Positions 37,222-49,808 of a stretch of 64,000 nucleotides of DNA are shown piece by piece (position 1 is the first letter of the stretch; each line of letters starts with the position of its first letter). The translations under genes were made by a program, and so were the position numbers. The notes below the pieces were generated by a model, which saw only the letters and a program-made list of their open reading frames with translations, ran no database searches and was not told the origin of the DNA. The DNA is from Callorhinchus milii (Eukaryota), in assembly GCF_018977255.1 (NCBI RefSeq), contig NW_024704743.1, positions 107,386,001 to 107,450,000 on the forward strand, in the 5' to 3' direction.

Positions 37222-39504
37222 TGAAGGTCTTGAACGTTTTTGCTGCTGACAACAAACTAGGAAGATTTTGGGGTTAAAATGAGTGAAATGGTAAACAGGG
37301 AGTTACTCTTGTGTCCTGTTTACTGGTGCCCAGAAACTGTCCAGAATTTGGCTTGTATAGAAAATAAGTTGTGGGAGAAAGTAAAACAAAGCAATATGAT
37401 TGGAGGGGGAAGGGGGAGGGGGAGACAGAGAGAATTAAATAGAAGGAAAGCCATAGACAGCAAGGCATGATAGAACATAAGAGGAACGAAGATTACGAAG
37501 TGCAGATTGAGAAAGATTTACAAAGAACATTGCCTGGAGAGAAATGGAGCTTTACTGCGTGAGCACTCCTGCATCTCTTTGCTTGCTTCCTTTTCCCCAT
37601 TTATTCAGACATTCAAGTCACCTTCCACCAATATCACATTAATGTCAATTTTACGTAATTCTATCTTAAAACAGAGAAGACAGTAATCAGTTTTCTTGTT
37701 GAACAAGGATATAAAATCTTTTTAACAGAGAAAGAAAAACTGGATATTATTTCGTGGAACAAATCAGCCTAGTTAAAGGGATTCCAGGGACACACTGACA
37801 GGATTATAGTTAAATAAAAAGGTAGTTCAGCAGCATTAATTTGAGAGGGAAAAAAGGGAATACAAGTATGACATTTACTTAATCTCTAAATAGGCCATAT
37901 AAAATAGAGCACGGTTGCAGAAATGCATTTTTAATTTAAGCACAATTAACCACAAGTGATATACTAATAATACCAAAATATATTTTAACTAAAAGATTAA
38001 TTTAGCAGAATTTGGGAGCAATCAGTTATTTTATGCCTTCTTGATGCACAGATTGGATTTATTTCATTCTATAAAAAGTTACTGTTCAAATGCTCTCAGT
38101 GTTTAATTAAAAAGTCCCTTTCTGCAGCTTTGAAAAAAAGGTTTAGAAAAATTAAGGAACAAACAATACATCATTGAAAGAAGTGTTTACATCTGAATGC
38201 ATGCAATTAGTAGCTGTTGTTCACTATACACTGGACAATGCTACCGGCTTATCATTTTAACCTATAAATTTCATTTTGTGTCGGCAGCATGAATACGCTT
38301 ATTTTATAAAACATTTCATGTAATTATAATTTCATGCCGCTGTAGCTGGCTTCAAAACATATTTTACTGACAAACAATTATATTTGAGGAGGTGAAATGA
38401 TTAAGAATATTTGACTTTGTTGCTATGACAGCCTACATTTTTCATCACACAGAGTGTAATTAACTACAATTTCAATAATGTAAAATCAAAAAAGATGATA
38501 ACAAACAGCAGAGCCATGGTGATATTGCCATTGCAACCATGTTGTCATGGAAACAGTGATAATAACCTCAGTGATAGATGTTTTCTCCTGCTTTTCCATT
38601 TTGTATGGTTATAATATAGAGGGCTCAGTTTTACTGCAGCTTTTTATAGTTTATTATGCTGTCAGAATTGTTTATGAGATGTTGTTGTGAAGGAAATGAC
38701 TTTGTTCCATTGCTTAATAAAAATGCCAAATTATACTGTTTACGTACTTTCTGAAACAAATAGCTGGTTCGAACAGTTATATTAAAAAAAAGGAAAATGT
38801 TATTTTTTGTCACTGAACAGGAAATCACCTGTGCTCTATTTACACTTTTAGTGGTTCAAAGGTAAATATGAATGTCATCACATTGTCCGCTTTTGATATC
38901 TCTCCTTCTCTGGAAAATCAGTCCAAATCTTCCAGTAGGTAATGAGATGGAATTATTATTTATTATTCAATTAACAAACAGATTCTCATTCAGTCCTAAT
39001 ACATTTTATTACCAATTTTGGTAAGGGAGTAAATTTTGTTTCCTGCATTGCATACTCCCATGCAACCAAATCTATCTTTATATTTGTCATACATGACTAC
39101 ATCAGATAATATTATCCCTTAACTCATACAGCAGAATCAGCAGAGTAGATATAACAAATGTTTATGGGAGAGAGAGAGAAAATCTGAGAGCGAAGGCACT
39201 GGAATGTTAAATTATACACAGTATTTGAGCTGGTTAATCAGTTTATCACAATTTATGCATGTGTTAATTATTCACAGGCAAATATACTGTAATTAAACTA
39301 ATAATCACAAACCAAGAAGTGATTTTTAGCTGCTTTAAATAAACTGCAGGGTATGGTAGTGTAATAATAGATCAACATTAATATCACAAATAATTGTCCA
39401 ACTAGCATCAGACAGACAGTCAGTCATCAGACATTTGTTTTATTTGGAGACTGTGGAAAAGACTTATCCAATAATGTCATGTTGAGGGCAGTCAATGGAA
39501 ATTA

Positions 39505-39865
39505 ATCAAGTGGAGCTCCCTAGTGATAGCTTAGTTGGTAAAGCCAGTACCTTGTTGAAACTGAGCCATACAGATCTGTTCTGTGCTGAATTAGCTGATC
39601 TCAGACGTGCATTTATTGCTGCATTTCTGGACTTTGAAGGGAGACAGTATGGAGCCCCTTCCACAAATGGATGGATGCCATGGAAGAACAGGTTTTGGGG
39701 CATTGGTTTCATGTTCACTGTGATTGAACAATCTGACAACATTCACCGTCGAACTTGAAGAATAACATCCAGTGTTATAACTTGGATGAGGTACTGAGAG
39801 GCAAGCAACATCTTTTGGACCATAACCCAAGCTGAGTCTCTCTCATTTACAAGAGAAAGGGGAAA
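39505..39865 (+). mobile_element. Ancient tRNA-derived SINE of a different family (AmnSINE2-like, name from memory)
   Basis: 'actgagccatacaga...tctgtgctgaattagctgatctcag' and 'acttggatgaggtactgagagg...aagagaaagggga' match my recollection of that family. Confidence 0.45.
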
Positions 39866-39962
39866 GGTCTAAAAGCTTCAATAAACATGACATGGACATT
39901 TCAGATCTTACCGCCAAACAAATGCAAGGGTAATCACAGTCATATAAATGCTCATAATAGTT

Positions 39963-40286
39963 ATAATAATCCTTGCATTTGATATAGCGTCTTATCACAT
40001 TTTCAAGATGTCTCAAAGCACTTCACAGAATATACTGTAAAGTGAATTGACTGTATATTTTGTGAGCGAAACTCGGCAGTGAATTGCGCATAGCAGTGTC
40101 CCACAAACAGTCGTGGAATGAAGTGACCAATTTATTATTATTATCCCTGGAAAAGCAATCCACCAAACAACTAACAATCAGGTTCCTACTTACTGCTCGG
40201 TAAACAAAGGCGTGTGGAGTAAGGAAACTTGCCCAAGGTGTCTCACTTGCGAGGCAAGTGCTCTAACCACTGAGCTACAGGACTCC
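39963..40286 (-). mobile_element. Long-type tRNA SINE with a deletion across the B box
   Basis: Tail, core and central segment present; 'cccaaggtg' joins directly to 'tctcacttgc'. Confidence 0.88.
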
Positions 40287-40678
40287 AGAATCCTGAGGCT
40301 GTAAAATCAGAATCCTCTCCAAATATTAACAAAGTAATGAATATACCATCAGAACTGCTTCCAAAATGAGTCATATCTCTGTTTACATGCAACAAGTTTG
40401 TTGATCATCTATCAGGTTTTGGCAATTCTCAATAAAACAAGCAATGAATTAATTTTATAGAGGTGTAGTCACGAGTTTCAACTCTATCTAGATTTGAAAT
40501 TCAAGTCATTTTACAATCTGCAGCTGTTTTGGGTTGAATAATCCTGATCTATTGAATTGTTATGCACAGGCTACAAAATGTATGGCGAAAGCAACCATTT
40601 CTGGGTCCTACTGTATCTTTGGAATGGCGACACCTTTGTTAGAATAGCCATGTGACATAAGGTCAAAATGGACATAAA

Positions 40679-41263
40679 CAACAACAAACTTACATTTGTA
40701 TAGCGCCTTTCACATTGGGAGGACGTCCCAAGACGCTGGACAATCAATGTTTCAGACTCGAGCTGGGGGTCGGGATCAGGGAGAATGAAGGGCAGTGGAG
40801 CAAGAAGGGTGATGAAGGCACGGTCAAAGAGGAGGCTTTTGAGCTGTGTCTTGAAGGAGGCAAGGGTGGGGGCCAGGTGGAGGGACTGCGTGCGGAATGC
40901 AGTTCCAGAAGGTAGGGCAGAGTGGCAGAAAGCCCGCTCGCCATGACAGTTGAGGGTCAAACAAGAAGCCAAGGTTCCGGACTGGCTCAATGAGGTGGAG
41001 TGTGCATCCTTGGATGATGATGCTGTCAGTGCCTGAGGTGCGGAGGAGCTGATGAGAGCCAATCAGGAGGGCCTCGGTCTTGTTGAAGTTCAACTGTAGA
41101 AAGTTAGCTCTCATCCAGGACTTGATGTTTGACAGACATTCTGTCAGGACAGCAGTGGTCCTGGAGTCGAAGGTGGAGGCAGAGACAGAGTTGGGTGTCA
41201 TCCGTATAAATGTGGAAATTGACCCCATGTCTGCAGATGAGGTCATCAAAAGGGAGCATGTAG
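40679..41263 (-). mobile_element. L2 LINE, 5'-truncated with an internal deletion of roughly 430 nt
   Basis: WMRANFLQLN..KTEALL, NLGFLFDPQLS jumps to GERAF; intact 3' tail. Confidence 0.92.
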
Positions 41264-42162
41264 ATATTGAAAACTATTTTAAATACACAGAAAGTTTTCT
41301 AGGGTAAACATGATCATGATCGAGATGACCATGTTGCAATCTATAATATTATGATCAAAGTTCATGGATGGATGTTGGACATTCTAAATCATTAATAAGA
41401 ACTCTCATTTGGTTACAAGAGCATTGAAAGCAAAACTCCAAAGATAAGTGAACTGACTTTTGTTCAAATCAACCCAGCCTGGACTCATTACTGGTGATGC
41501 TAACAACATAAAACAAATGCAAACTCTGTTACAAATAAATAGAAAAAGTACTAAGTTGTCAATTAATGCATTTGCTCAAGTGAGATATTTCCCCATTATC
41601 CTTACTGTGTGTGTACTACTACTTATATTGTTTATACAAAGGAACCCAATCCCAAATTACAGACTTGACCTCCTGCTTGCTTACAGCAAATTCTCACCAA
41701 TTGCATTAAGCCAGACTTTTCTACTGACAGTGTGTCCTCTTTCATTTGCCTCTTAAATGCTGGAAAAGAAGGACTACAGGAATTTTCCAAGCGAAGTTCT
41801 AAACATTTTAAAACTAAAGCAGATTGATATCGCCCCCGTTTGTATTACCACATCTCCCAGAGCTACAATAAATAGAAGCAAGTTGAGGTGAAGCCTGTCA
41901 GGCCTGGTCTTCAACTAAATGGAAAACTTGTAACATAGAATAAATCCACTGAATCAGAGTCCAAAAGAGTGATGTTATCCCTCAGCCATACTTGAACAAG
42001 GGTATGCACAATACTGAATGCAAACTATTCAGTGTGCTTTGGGACCATTTGGGAGTGTGAATTCACATGACATATATAACATAGGAAAATATTGCAAAAG
42101 AGAGTCAATGTACTTGAGTGAGACTTGAGCGAACACAAGCTATATCAAGCTTTGATCGCCAC

Positions 42163-43125
42163 AAACAACAAGATTATATTTGTATAGCGCATTTCACATC
42201 GGGAGGACGTGCCAAGGCGCTGGACAGTGTACAGCATTTCAGACCCGAGCTGGGGTCAGGGGGGAGAAGGGAGGGGAGGGGAAGGGGGGTGGTCGATGGC
42301 ATGGTCGAAGAGGAGGGTCTTGAGACGGGACTTGAAGGAGGCTAAGGAGGGGGTGAGGCGGAGTGACTTGGGGATGGAATTCCAGAGGTTGGGGGCAGAG
42401 TGGCTGAAGGCTTTCCTGCCAATGGTGGGGCGGGTGGGTCGGGGGACGTGGAGCAGGCCAGAGCCGGCTGAGCGGAGGAAATGAGTGGGTTGGTAGGGGG
42501 TTAGGAGGTCGCAGAGATAGGGTGGGACGAGGCCATGGAGCACTTTGTAGGTGAGGACCAGGATCTTGAACTGAATCCTCTGAAGGATAGGGAGCCAATG
42601 GAGTCGGGCAAGAGTGGGGGAGATGGGGTCACAGAGTTTGGTGCGGGAGAGGACACAGGCTGCAGAGTTCTGGATGATCTGCAGCCTGTGGAGAAGGAGT
42701 TGGGAAGGCCGACAAGCAGGGCGTTTGCATAGTGGAGCCTGGAGGTGATGAAGGAATGAACAAGAGTTTCAGTGTCCTGAAGGGTGAGGTAGTGATGGAG
42801 TCGGGCGATGTTACGGAGTGTGAGGGAAGGCAGAGTGGGTCATGGCTTGGATGTGGGGAAGAAAAGACAGTTGAGGGTTAAATAAGACACCTAGGGTCCT
42901 GACTGGCTTGGTGAGTTGTAGTGAGCAACCATGGAGGTTGATGTTGCCAGAGCCTAAGGTGGTGAGGCGCTGGCGTGAGCCAATGAGGAGGGCCTCACTC
43001 TTGTTCACATTTAACTGTAGGAAATTTGCCCTCATCCAGGACTTGATGTCTGACAGGCAGTCTTCCTGGAGTTGAGGGTGGAGGCAGAAAGATAGAGTTG
43101 GGTGTCATCCGCATACATATGGAAG
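42163..43125 (-). mobile_element. 5'-truncated L2 LINE
   Basis: FHMYADDTQL, MRANFLQLNVNKSE, SGLLHVPR..RPTIG..AFS..APNLWNSIP..FKSRLKT. Confidence 0.93.
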
Positions 43126-43348
43126 CAAAGCAAAACAAAAGCAAAGAATCAGCAGGCATTCACAAACAAAACACTTTAAAGCACATCCTGTGAAGCACTT
43201 AGGACTTCCTCCTGACATGAAATACATTAACTATCTAAATGTAAATTGCATTAACAGAATGCTGGTCTATATTGTTAAATCAGTTGACTTTAGATCCCCA
43301 GATGTCAGAGTTCCAATCAGGCCACACCAAGAGAACTGCATATAGTTG

Positions 43349-43685
43349 GTGGAGTCCTGTAGCTCAGTGGTTAGAGCACTCACTTTGCAAGTGAGAGACC
43401 TGAGTTCAATTCCAGGCAGAGGGCGAAACCTTGGGCAAGTTTCCTTACTCCACACGCCTAATAATAATCCCTCCAAAAAACCAAAAACAATAATTAAATT
43501 GGTCATTTTCAATCTACGACTGTTTGTGGGACATTGCTGTGCGCAATTGGCTGCCGCGTTCGCCCACAAATATACAGTCAATTCACTTTACAGTGTGTTC
43601 TGTGAAGCGCTTTGGGACGTCCTCCCGACGTGAAAAGCGCTATATCAAATGCAAGGATTATTATTATTATTATTATTATTATTAT
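43349..43685 (+). mobile_element. Young short-type tRNA SINE, full length
   Basis: Only a few differences from 36892-37221. Confidence 0.95.
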
Positions 43686-43709
43686 AGTTATGGTCACTGC
43701 GACATAGGG

Positions 43710-44125
43710 TTTGCCCAGACCCTGGATATGCAGAAGAGAACAACAAAGATGATCACTAGTGTTAGAGGAATAAGCCAGGAGCAACAATTAGGTAACTTCT
43801 GAGTCATGTCTCTTCAGTCTTGAGAGATGACTCAAATATAATTTTAAAGGAGTTTGAAAAATAAACCCAGAATAATACTTTAGGATGCACCAAACAGTAG
43901 AAGACATAGGTTTAATGTTGCAAAGGTCAATTTTAGGACAGATACCAGGAAGCCAACAACCCAACAACTGGAACAGGTTGTCAGGAAAGGTGGTTGAAGC
44001 CAGGACATTCGACTCATTTAAAAAGGAGATTGATACCATGATGGGAGAATGGTAGGATGGGTATTCTAGAGAGATGAGATCAGATGAGCTGAAGGACTTT
44101 CTTCATCTAAACTAATCTTGTGGTC
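43710..44125 (+). mobile_element. CR1 LINE 3' fragment
   Basis: MQKRTTKMI, 'aactggaacaggttgtcaggaaaggtggttgaagc', 'tttaaaaaggagattgat'. Confidence 0.75.
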
Positions 44126-45819
44126 TTAAATAACTAAACTAAACCAAGATTTAATATTCTGTAAGGTCAAAGGTTGGCTACTGTAGCTTGCTAACATATT
44201 CAGCTGTTACCTGGAGCTCATGAACATGATTTGGGGAATGCCTATAAGTCTTCAAGTATATAAAACATTAGTGCAAATGTCCTTTTTTAGGTTTTTCTTT
44301 GTGAGAAATACTTTCTGGTGCAATTGAATTGTGTGTGAATTCCACTCAGTCAATTCGCTTTACAGTATATTCTGTGAAGCGCTTTGAGGCATCTCAACGA
44401 TATGATAAAGCGCTATGTGAAATGCAAGGATTATTATTATTATGATGAGTAGTACTGCATCTGGCTGCTGATTTATGGTCGTGTGCGAGACATATTGGAA
44501 CCACCTTTCCGTATACCTTTTAACATTTTAGTGCCATTGTCTGTGATCAATATCCCTAACTGTCAAATTGTTGAGACAGATCTTTTCATCCTACAGGGGC
44601 TGTGTAAACTGCTGGATATTGATAGCAGTGTGATCACCCTCCAACACAGTAACATTCAACAATACCAATCTAAGATTAGCATCACCAGGGCACCTAGTGA
44701 AGTGTGACTGGAAAATAATTGACTCGGAGTCAAGGACAAGTATGCATTATATACCTTAGTACCAGGTCACGCAAGGCATAAATGAAATAAAGCTAGAAAC
44801 CTTCATTTTAAAAAAAAGTCTAATGTCTTATGTAGCAACTGGTAACAAATATCATGCAAAATAAAAAAGTAAGCATAATTTATAAAAGTTATAAGTGACT
44901 TATTTATATAAACTGCTGGTTCTCCACCAAATTTTAACTGAAAGATGCATTTAGTAACAAGATAAACACAATTATACAATTTACAGACTCAGAAAAAAGC
45001 TTTTTGGCCCATCTATGTTGGTGTTAGCTTCTCATTCTGGATCTAATCCCAATTCCCTTCACTTTTCACGTACCCTTTTATATTGTTTCTCTTCAAATAC
45101 TTCTCCAATTCTTTTGAAATGCTGTTATTGTCTTAGCTTCAATAACCACTGAAACAGAGGACAAAATTGAATAGATACAGCAAAAGTGGAGAAACTTTCC
45201 GATGGCTCAGCAAGTTTACTGGTAAATAGCTGATTCACACAAACCAGTAAAGTCTTTGAAATAGGTCTGGTCTGAATTAGTTGATTGTCATTCAGAGTAA
45301 TTACTGTAAAGTGCTTTGAGAAATTTAAACGTAGCACTATTTTAAAAAGTGGTACTTTGTTTGTTCATTCATTCTTTTTCTTTCTCTTATTCTCTCCACC
45401 ACCTCTATCAACTCTAAATCTTTTTATCTACTGTAAAATGAGAAACCATTAATGTTATGTTATTGCTGATAATCATCCATGTCTCACTTTTTGTGCTTGT
45501 TTGGAAATGAGCTTAGTTACCATTGGTGAAACTTTGGTTTGATTGAAATTTGAGATGCATAGTGACATCAAACCTGGTGAGAAGCTTAACGTGATTCCAA
45601 AAAATATTTGGGGTGTGAACCACCCTACCATGTGTTAGCTTGTGGTGTTCTGAAGCACTGAGGTAAACACTGGAAATAGCGTATGTGGTGGGAGTATCTT
45701 GAACTATAGTCCTAGATGACATTAGCAGCCTCAGAACTGAGATAACTATAATCTTTACATTTGATTAGCACCTTTCACTTTGGGAGGACATTGGAAAGCA
45801 CTTCACAGGATTATAGTAA

Positions 45820-46135
45820 AAATAATAATGCTTGCATTTGATGTAGCACCCACCTTATCATGTCATTCAGATATCTCAAAGTGCTTCACAAGATATACTC
45901 TAAAGTGGATTGACTATGTCATACATATTTATATATTATAAAGTGTAGTGACTGTGTGTTTTGCTTTGTGGGCTAACACAGCAACAAAATGCACACAGCA
46001 GTGTCCTACAAACAGCCATGACGTGAATGACCAATTATAACTAGGGGCTGTTCGCCAGGGCACAGGGAAAAAATCCCTCCTCTTTTCAAAGAGTGGTATA
46101 GGATCTTTAACATCCATCTGAACAGGCAAACAGCA
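45820..46135 (-). mobile_element. Ancient Deu-SINE fragment
   Basis: Tail, core and 'ggatctttaacatccatctgaacaggc'. Confidence 0.7.
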
Positions 46136-47714
46136 GACACAGCAGAAGTAGATGCATGAGAATATAACGAGAAAATAATAGGAACACAAAAATACCAGCA
46201 AAACAACAGCTTGCATTTATATAGTGCCCTTCACATAGAATAGCATCTTGGAGCACGTGAAATAGAAGGGTAAGAAAAATTATGGAAACAAATACGAGCA
46301 GACTGAGTAACCTATTCAGGGGTAATCAAGTGCTCTGAGACGCTACCCCACATGGAGGTTGCTATATAAGTGCAGGTTGTTGTTGTAATAATAATAATAA
46401 AATACAATAACACCTCAACAGCATAAATTTAATTGTTCCACGATTTGCAGTACTAACCATAGGACTATACAGAGCACAATCTAGCTTTGAGATAGCTACA
46501 GCTGACACTTTGACATGGAGATGAATTAAACAATGATAATCCATGTGAAGGCATCTTTCACATTAGCAAGGGATGTCTCAAAGCACCTCACAGGATGTAC
46601 TGTAAAGTGTAGTAACTGTGTATTCTGTAGGCAAATGTGGTGACCAAATTGCCCACAGCAATGTCTCACAAGCAGCCATGGTGAAATGACCAGTAAATGG
46701 TCATTTCAGTAGTGTAGTAAATACTATGAGGTGTACTCTTTACGGATACTAGGCATTGTGGAAGCAGAATTCCTATACAAGTTGGACTTAAAGGCTTGGT
46801 ACCTAAAACATTTTGGCTTTACTGCACAACTTGTATCACTGATACCAGTACAGACTGCAGATTCATGACTACTAATGCTTACTCTGCTTGTGGCAATGTT
46901 TTGATGCTTGCTCATTTTTCAGTGTTTAGGAAATATGATTGCAACGATAACCTCACAACACCCTTCCCCCAAACAAATAATTTTGCAGTCTTCAGCACAG
47001 CTTACTTCACACAGTCAATCAAGTTGAAGTCAAACTGGTTAACACACAGATTTGTTTTTCAAATTAAATTCCCGAAGCTTGCTCATATTTTTTAATGTAA
47101 AATCAAAACAGAATCTATCTTTTATAGTCTGTCACAGGCAGAACTGCTGACAATTCAAAATGAAACGGCAACTGGGCTGCACTTACATCAAAACACCATA
47201 CAAAAAATGCACCATGTATAATTAAAAGCAGTCTGTATTCATCACAATGACGACTTGCATTTATATGGTGCCCTTCACTCAGGACAATATCTAAGAGAAC
47301 TTTACAGGGTCAGAGTTGAACATCAAGCAAGGAAGCAGAAGAAGGGGGAGGTGTGCATAGGCACGTTCAAAGAGGTACGATTTGAGATGGGACTTACATT
47401 TTTTGCAGAATTATATCAGGTTAAAATCCTTGTTAACGTAAAATCTGTCTTTATTAATCAACTCTGGCAAAATCTTTCATGAACATTTTGTGAATGACTT
47501 TTTTGCTCTTTATAAGGCACCCTCCCCTTCCTCCACTCATCATCACCCACCTACTGAACTAACTGAATGTTGCTCCTCAACAAGGACAATGGACAGGTCA
47601 GGACAGTCTGCTTACACGACTTTGACAATCTTACCTTATTGCTGCCTCCTTGGTGCTTGCTTGGTAGAGGCAATGTCTTGGTGACTGTCTTGTGGAGGTG
47701 GCTGGGTAAAACAG

Positions 47715-47960
47715 AACCATGAAAATTTATAGACCATTCGGCCCATCTAGTCTACACCGGCTCTCAGAGCAAGCTGTGTGTTCTGCCCCAGATTGCACAA
47801 CTGTCTCGCCCTATCCCCATACTCCTTCAAGCCATTTTCTTTCATATGACTGTCTACTTCCCTCTTAAAACCTACAATAGACTCTGTTTCTACCACTTTA
47901 CTTGGCAGCCATTCCAAATCCCTGTGCAAAAAAAATCTCCTAAAATCTTGTTTCACTCTC
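47715..47960 (-). mobile_element. CR1 LINE 3' fragment
   Basis: DFRRFF...WLPSKVVETESIVGFKREVDSHMKENGLKEYG. Confidence 0.8.
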
Positions 47961-49012
47961 CTTGTGACTATCCTCCAGTCATTGACTGCCCTTTATTTTC
48001 CCACTGTGTGCAACAACCTGTGACTGCAGTCTATTCCAGATATAATAATAATAATCCTTGCATTTGATATAACGCTTTTCACGTCTTCTAGTCGTCTCAA
48101 AGCGCTTGAAGCGCAGATAACCACTACCCGCTGCTTAAAGTAACTAAACTCTCCTGAGTTTGAATATGCACCCCCTTATTGTAGAGCTGATATCAGTTAT
48201 ATCAATTATTGTGATTATATCAATTATAGTATTTGAGTTCAGTTTATCTATATACCTTGAAATCTTGAAACCAAATTAAATCCGTACCCCCAGCCATTCT
48301 TACTCGACTATAATACTATCAGTTTCCAATAATCTCTCCCCCCCATAGTACCATCTCTGATTTCAAGATCCCTTTTTGTAATATTTTGCCCTCTTACTGG
48401 CACTTTTGCTCTATGCTTCTGACCATGGAGCCCAAACTCATATTTTCTCTATTTTCTTTTGCCACATAATGGCACTGAGGGTTTCATTGCTCTACACCCT
48501 AAAATCCTGTTTGCTTTTTTTTTACTATTGGCAAGCACTGCGCTAGATAAGTGCAAGTTGTTGTTGTTGTAATGGCTCCAGAAAAACATTCCCCAGTACC
48601 TTTACAATGTTGTTACAGATGTCAAATATTTTTCATTACACATTTTCAGATGAGGCAAAAATGCAGGAGACCTTTCTATGATTCTATAAGCGATTTCAAG
48701 ACAATGATGATTGGTGAAAGTGGAAGGGGGTGAAAAGTAAGATGAAGGTTTGAGGAAAGTTTCTCTTGGTCAGTACAAGAATCATCAGTGGCCTGGACTG
48801 GCTTGGGTATGCATATAAAAATAATAATAATCCTTGCATTTGATATAGCAGCTTACCATGTCTTTGAGATGTCTCAAAGCGCTTCACAGGATATACTGTA
48901 AAGTGTAGTGTATTTTCATGTATTTTCTGGGTGATTATGATAAATGATAATGTTCCTTGCATTTTATATCGGGACTTTCATGTCAGGACGTCATAACGTC
49001 ATAAAGGACGTT

Positions 49013-49339
49013 GTGGAGTCCTGTAGCTCAGTGGTTAGAGCACTCGCTTTGCAAGTGAGAGACCTGAGGTCAATTCCAGGCAGAGGGCGAAACCTTGGGC
49101 AAGTTTCCTTACTCCACACGCCTAATAATAATCCCTCCAAAACCAAAAACAATAACAAATTGGTCATTTTCAATCTACGACTGTTTGTGGGACATTGCTG
49201 TGCGCAATTGGCTGCCGCATTCGCCCACAAATATACAGTCAATTCACTTTACAGTGTGTTCTGTGAAGCGCTTTGGGACGTCCTCCCGACGTGAAAAGCA
49301 CTATATCAAATGCAAGGATTATTATTATTATTATTATTA
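49013..49339 (+). mobile_element. Young short-type tRNA SINE, full length
   Basis: Nearly identical to 36892 and 43349. Confidence 0.95.
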
Positions 49340-49377
49340 AAGCACTTTTACTGTAAAGTGCAGTGATTATGTATTAG

Positions 49378-49808
49378 TAATAATAATAATAATCCTTGCA
49401 TTTGACATAGCACCTTATCAAGTTGTTGAGACATCTCAAAGCGCTTGAAGAATATACAGTAAAGTGGATTTACTGTGTATTTTGTGGGTGAAACATAGCA
49501 ATCAAGTTGCACACAGCAATGTTTCCCACAATCAACCATGAAGTGAATAATTTGTTTTATCTGGGGGTTTAATGGCCAGGACACCAGAAGAAACTCCCTT
49601 CAGATCTTTAACATCTACCTGAACAGGCAGACTGGGCTTCTGTTCAACATCATTTTTGAAGGACAGCACCTCAGACAATGCAGTGAGCTCCCCCAGCACT
49701 GAACTGGAGTGTCAGCCTAGACTGTGAGTTCAAAGTCCCTTTGTGGAGCTCGAACCCACAATCTCTGACTCAAAGTCAGAAGAGTGCTACCACTGAGCCA
49801 GGCTGACA
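49378..49808 (-). mobile_element. Ancient Deu-SINE, near full length (SacSINE1/AmnSINE1-like, different tRNA head)
   Basis: Minus-strand head 'gtgtcagcctggctcagtggtagcactc...gtgggttcgagctcc', long Deu body, shared (TTA)n tail. Confidence 0.8.

Noticed and set aside
36858..37249. Recurring ORFs such as MTVYLWANAAANCAQQ and ...KCKDYYYYY
   Set aside because: They are translations of the same SINE at each copy; poly-Tyr comes from the (TTA)n tail
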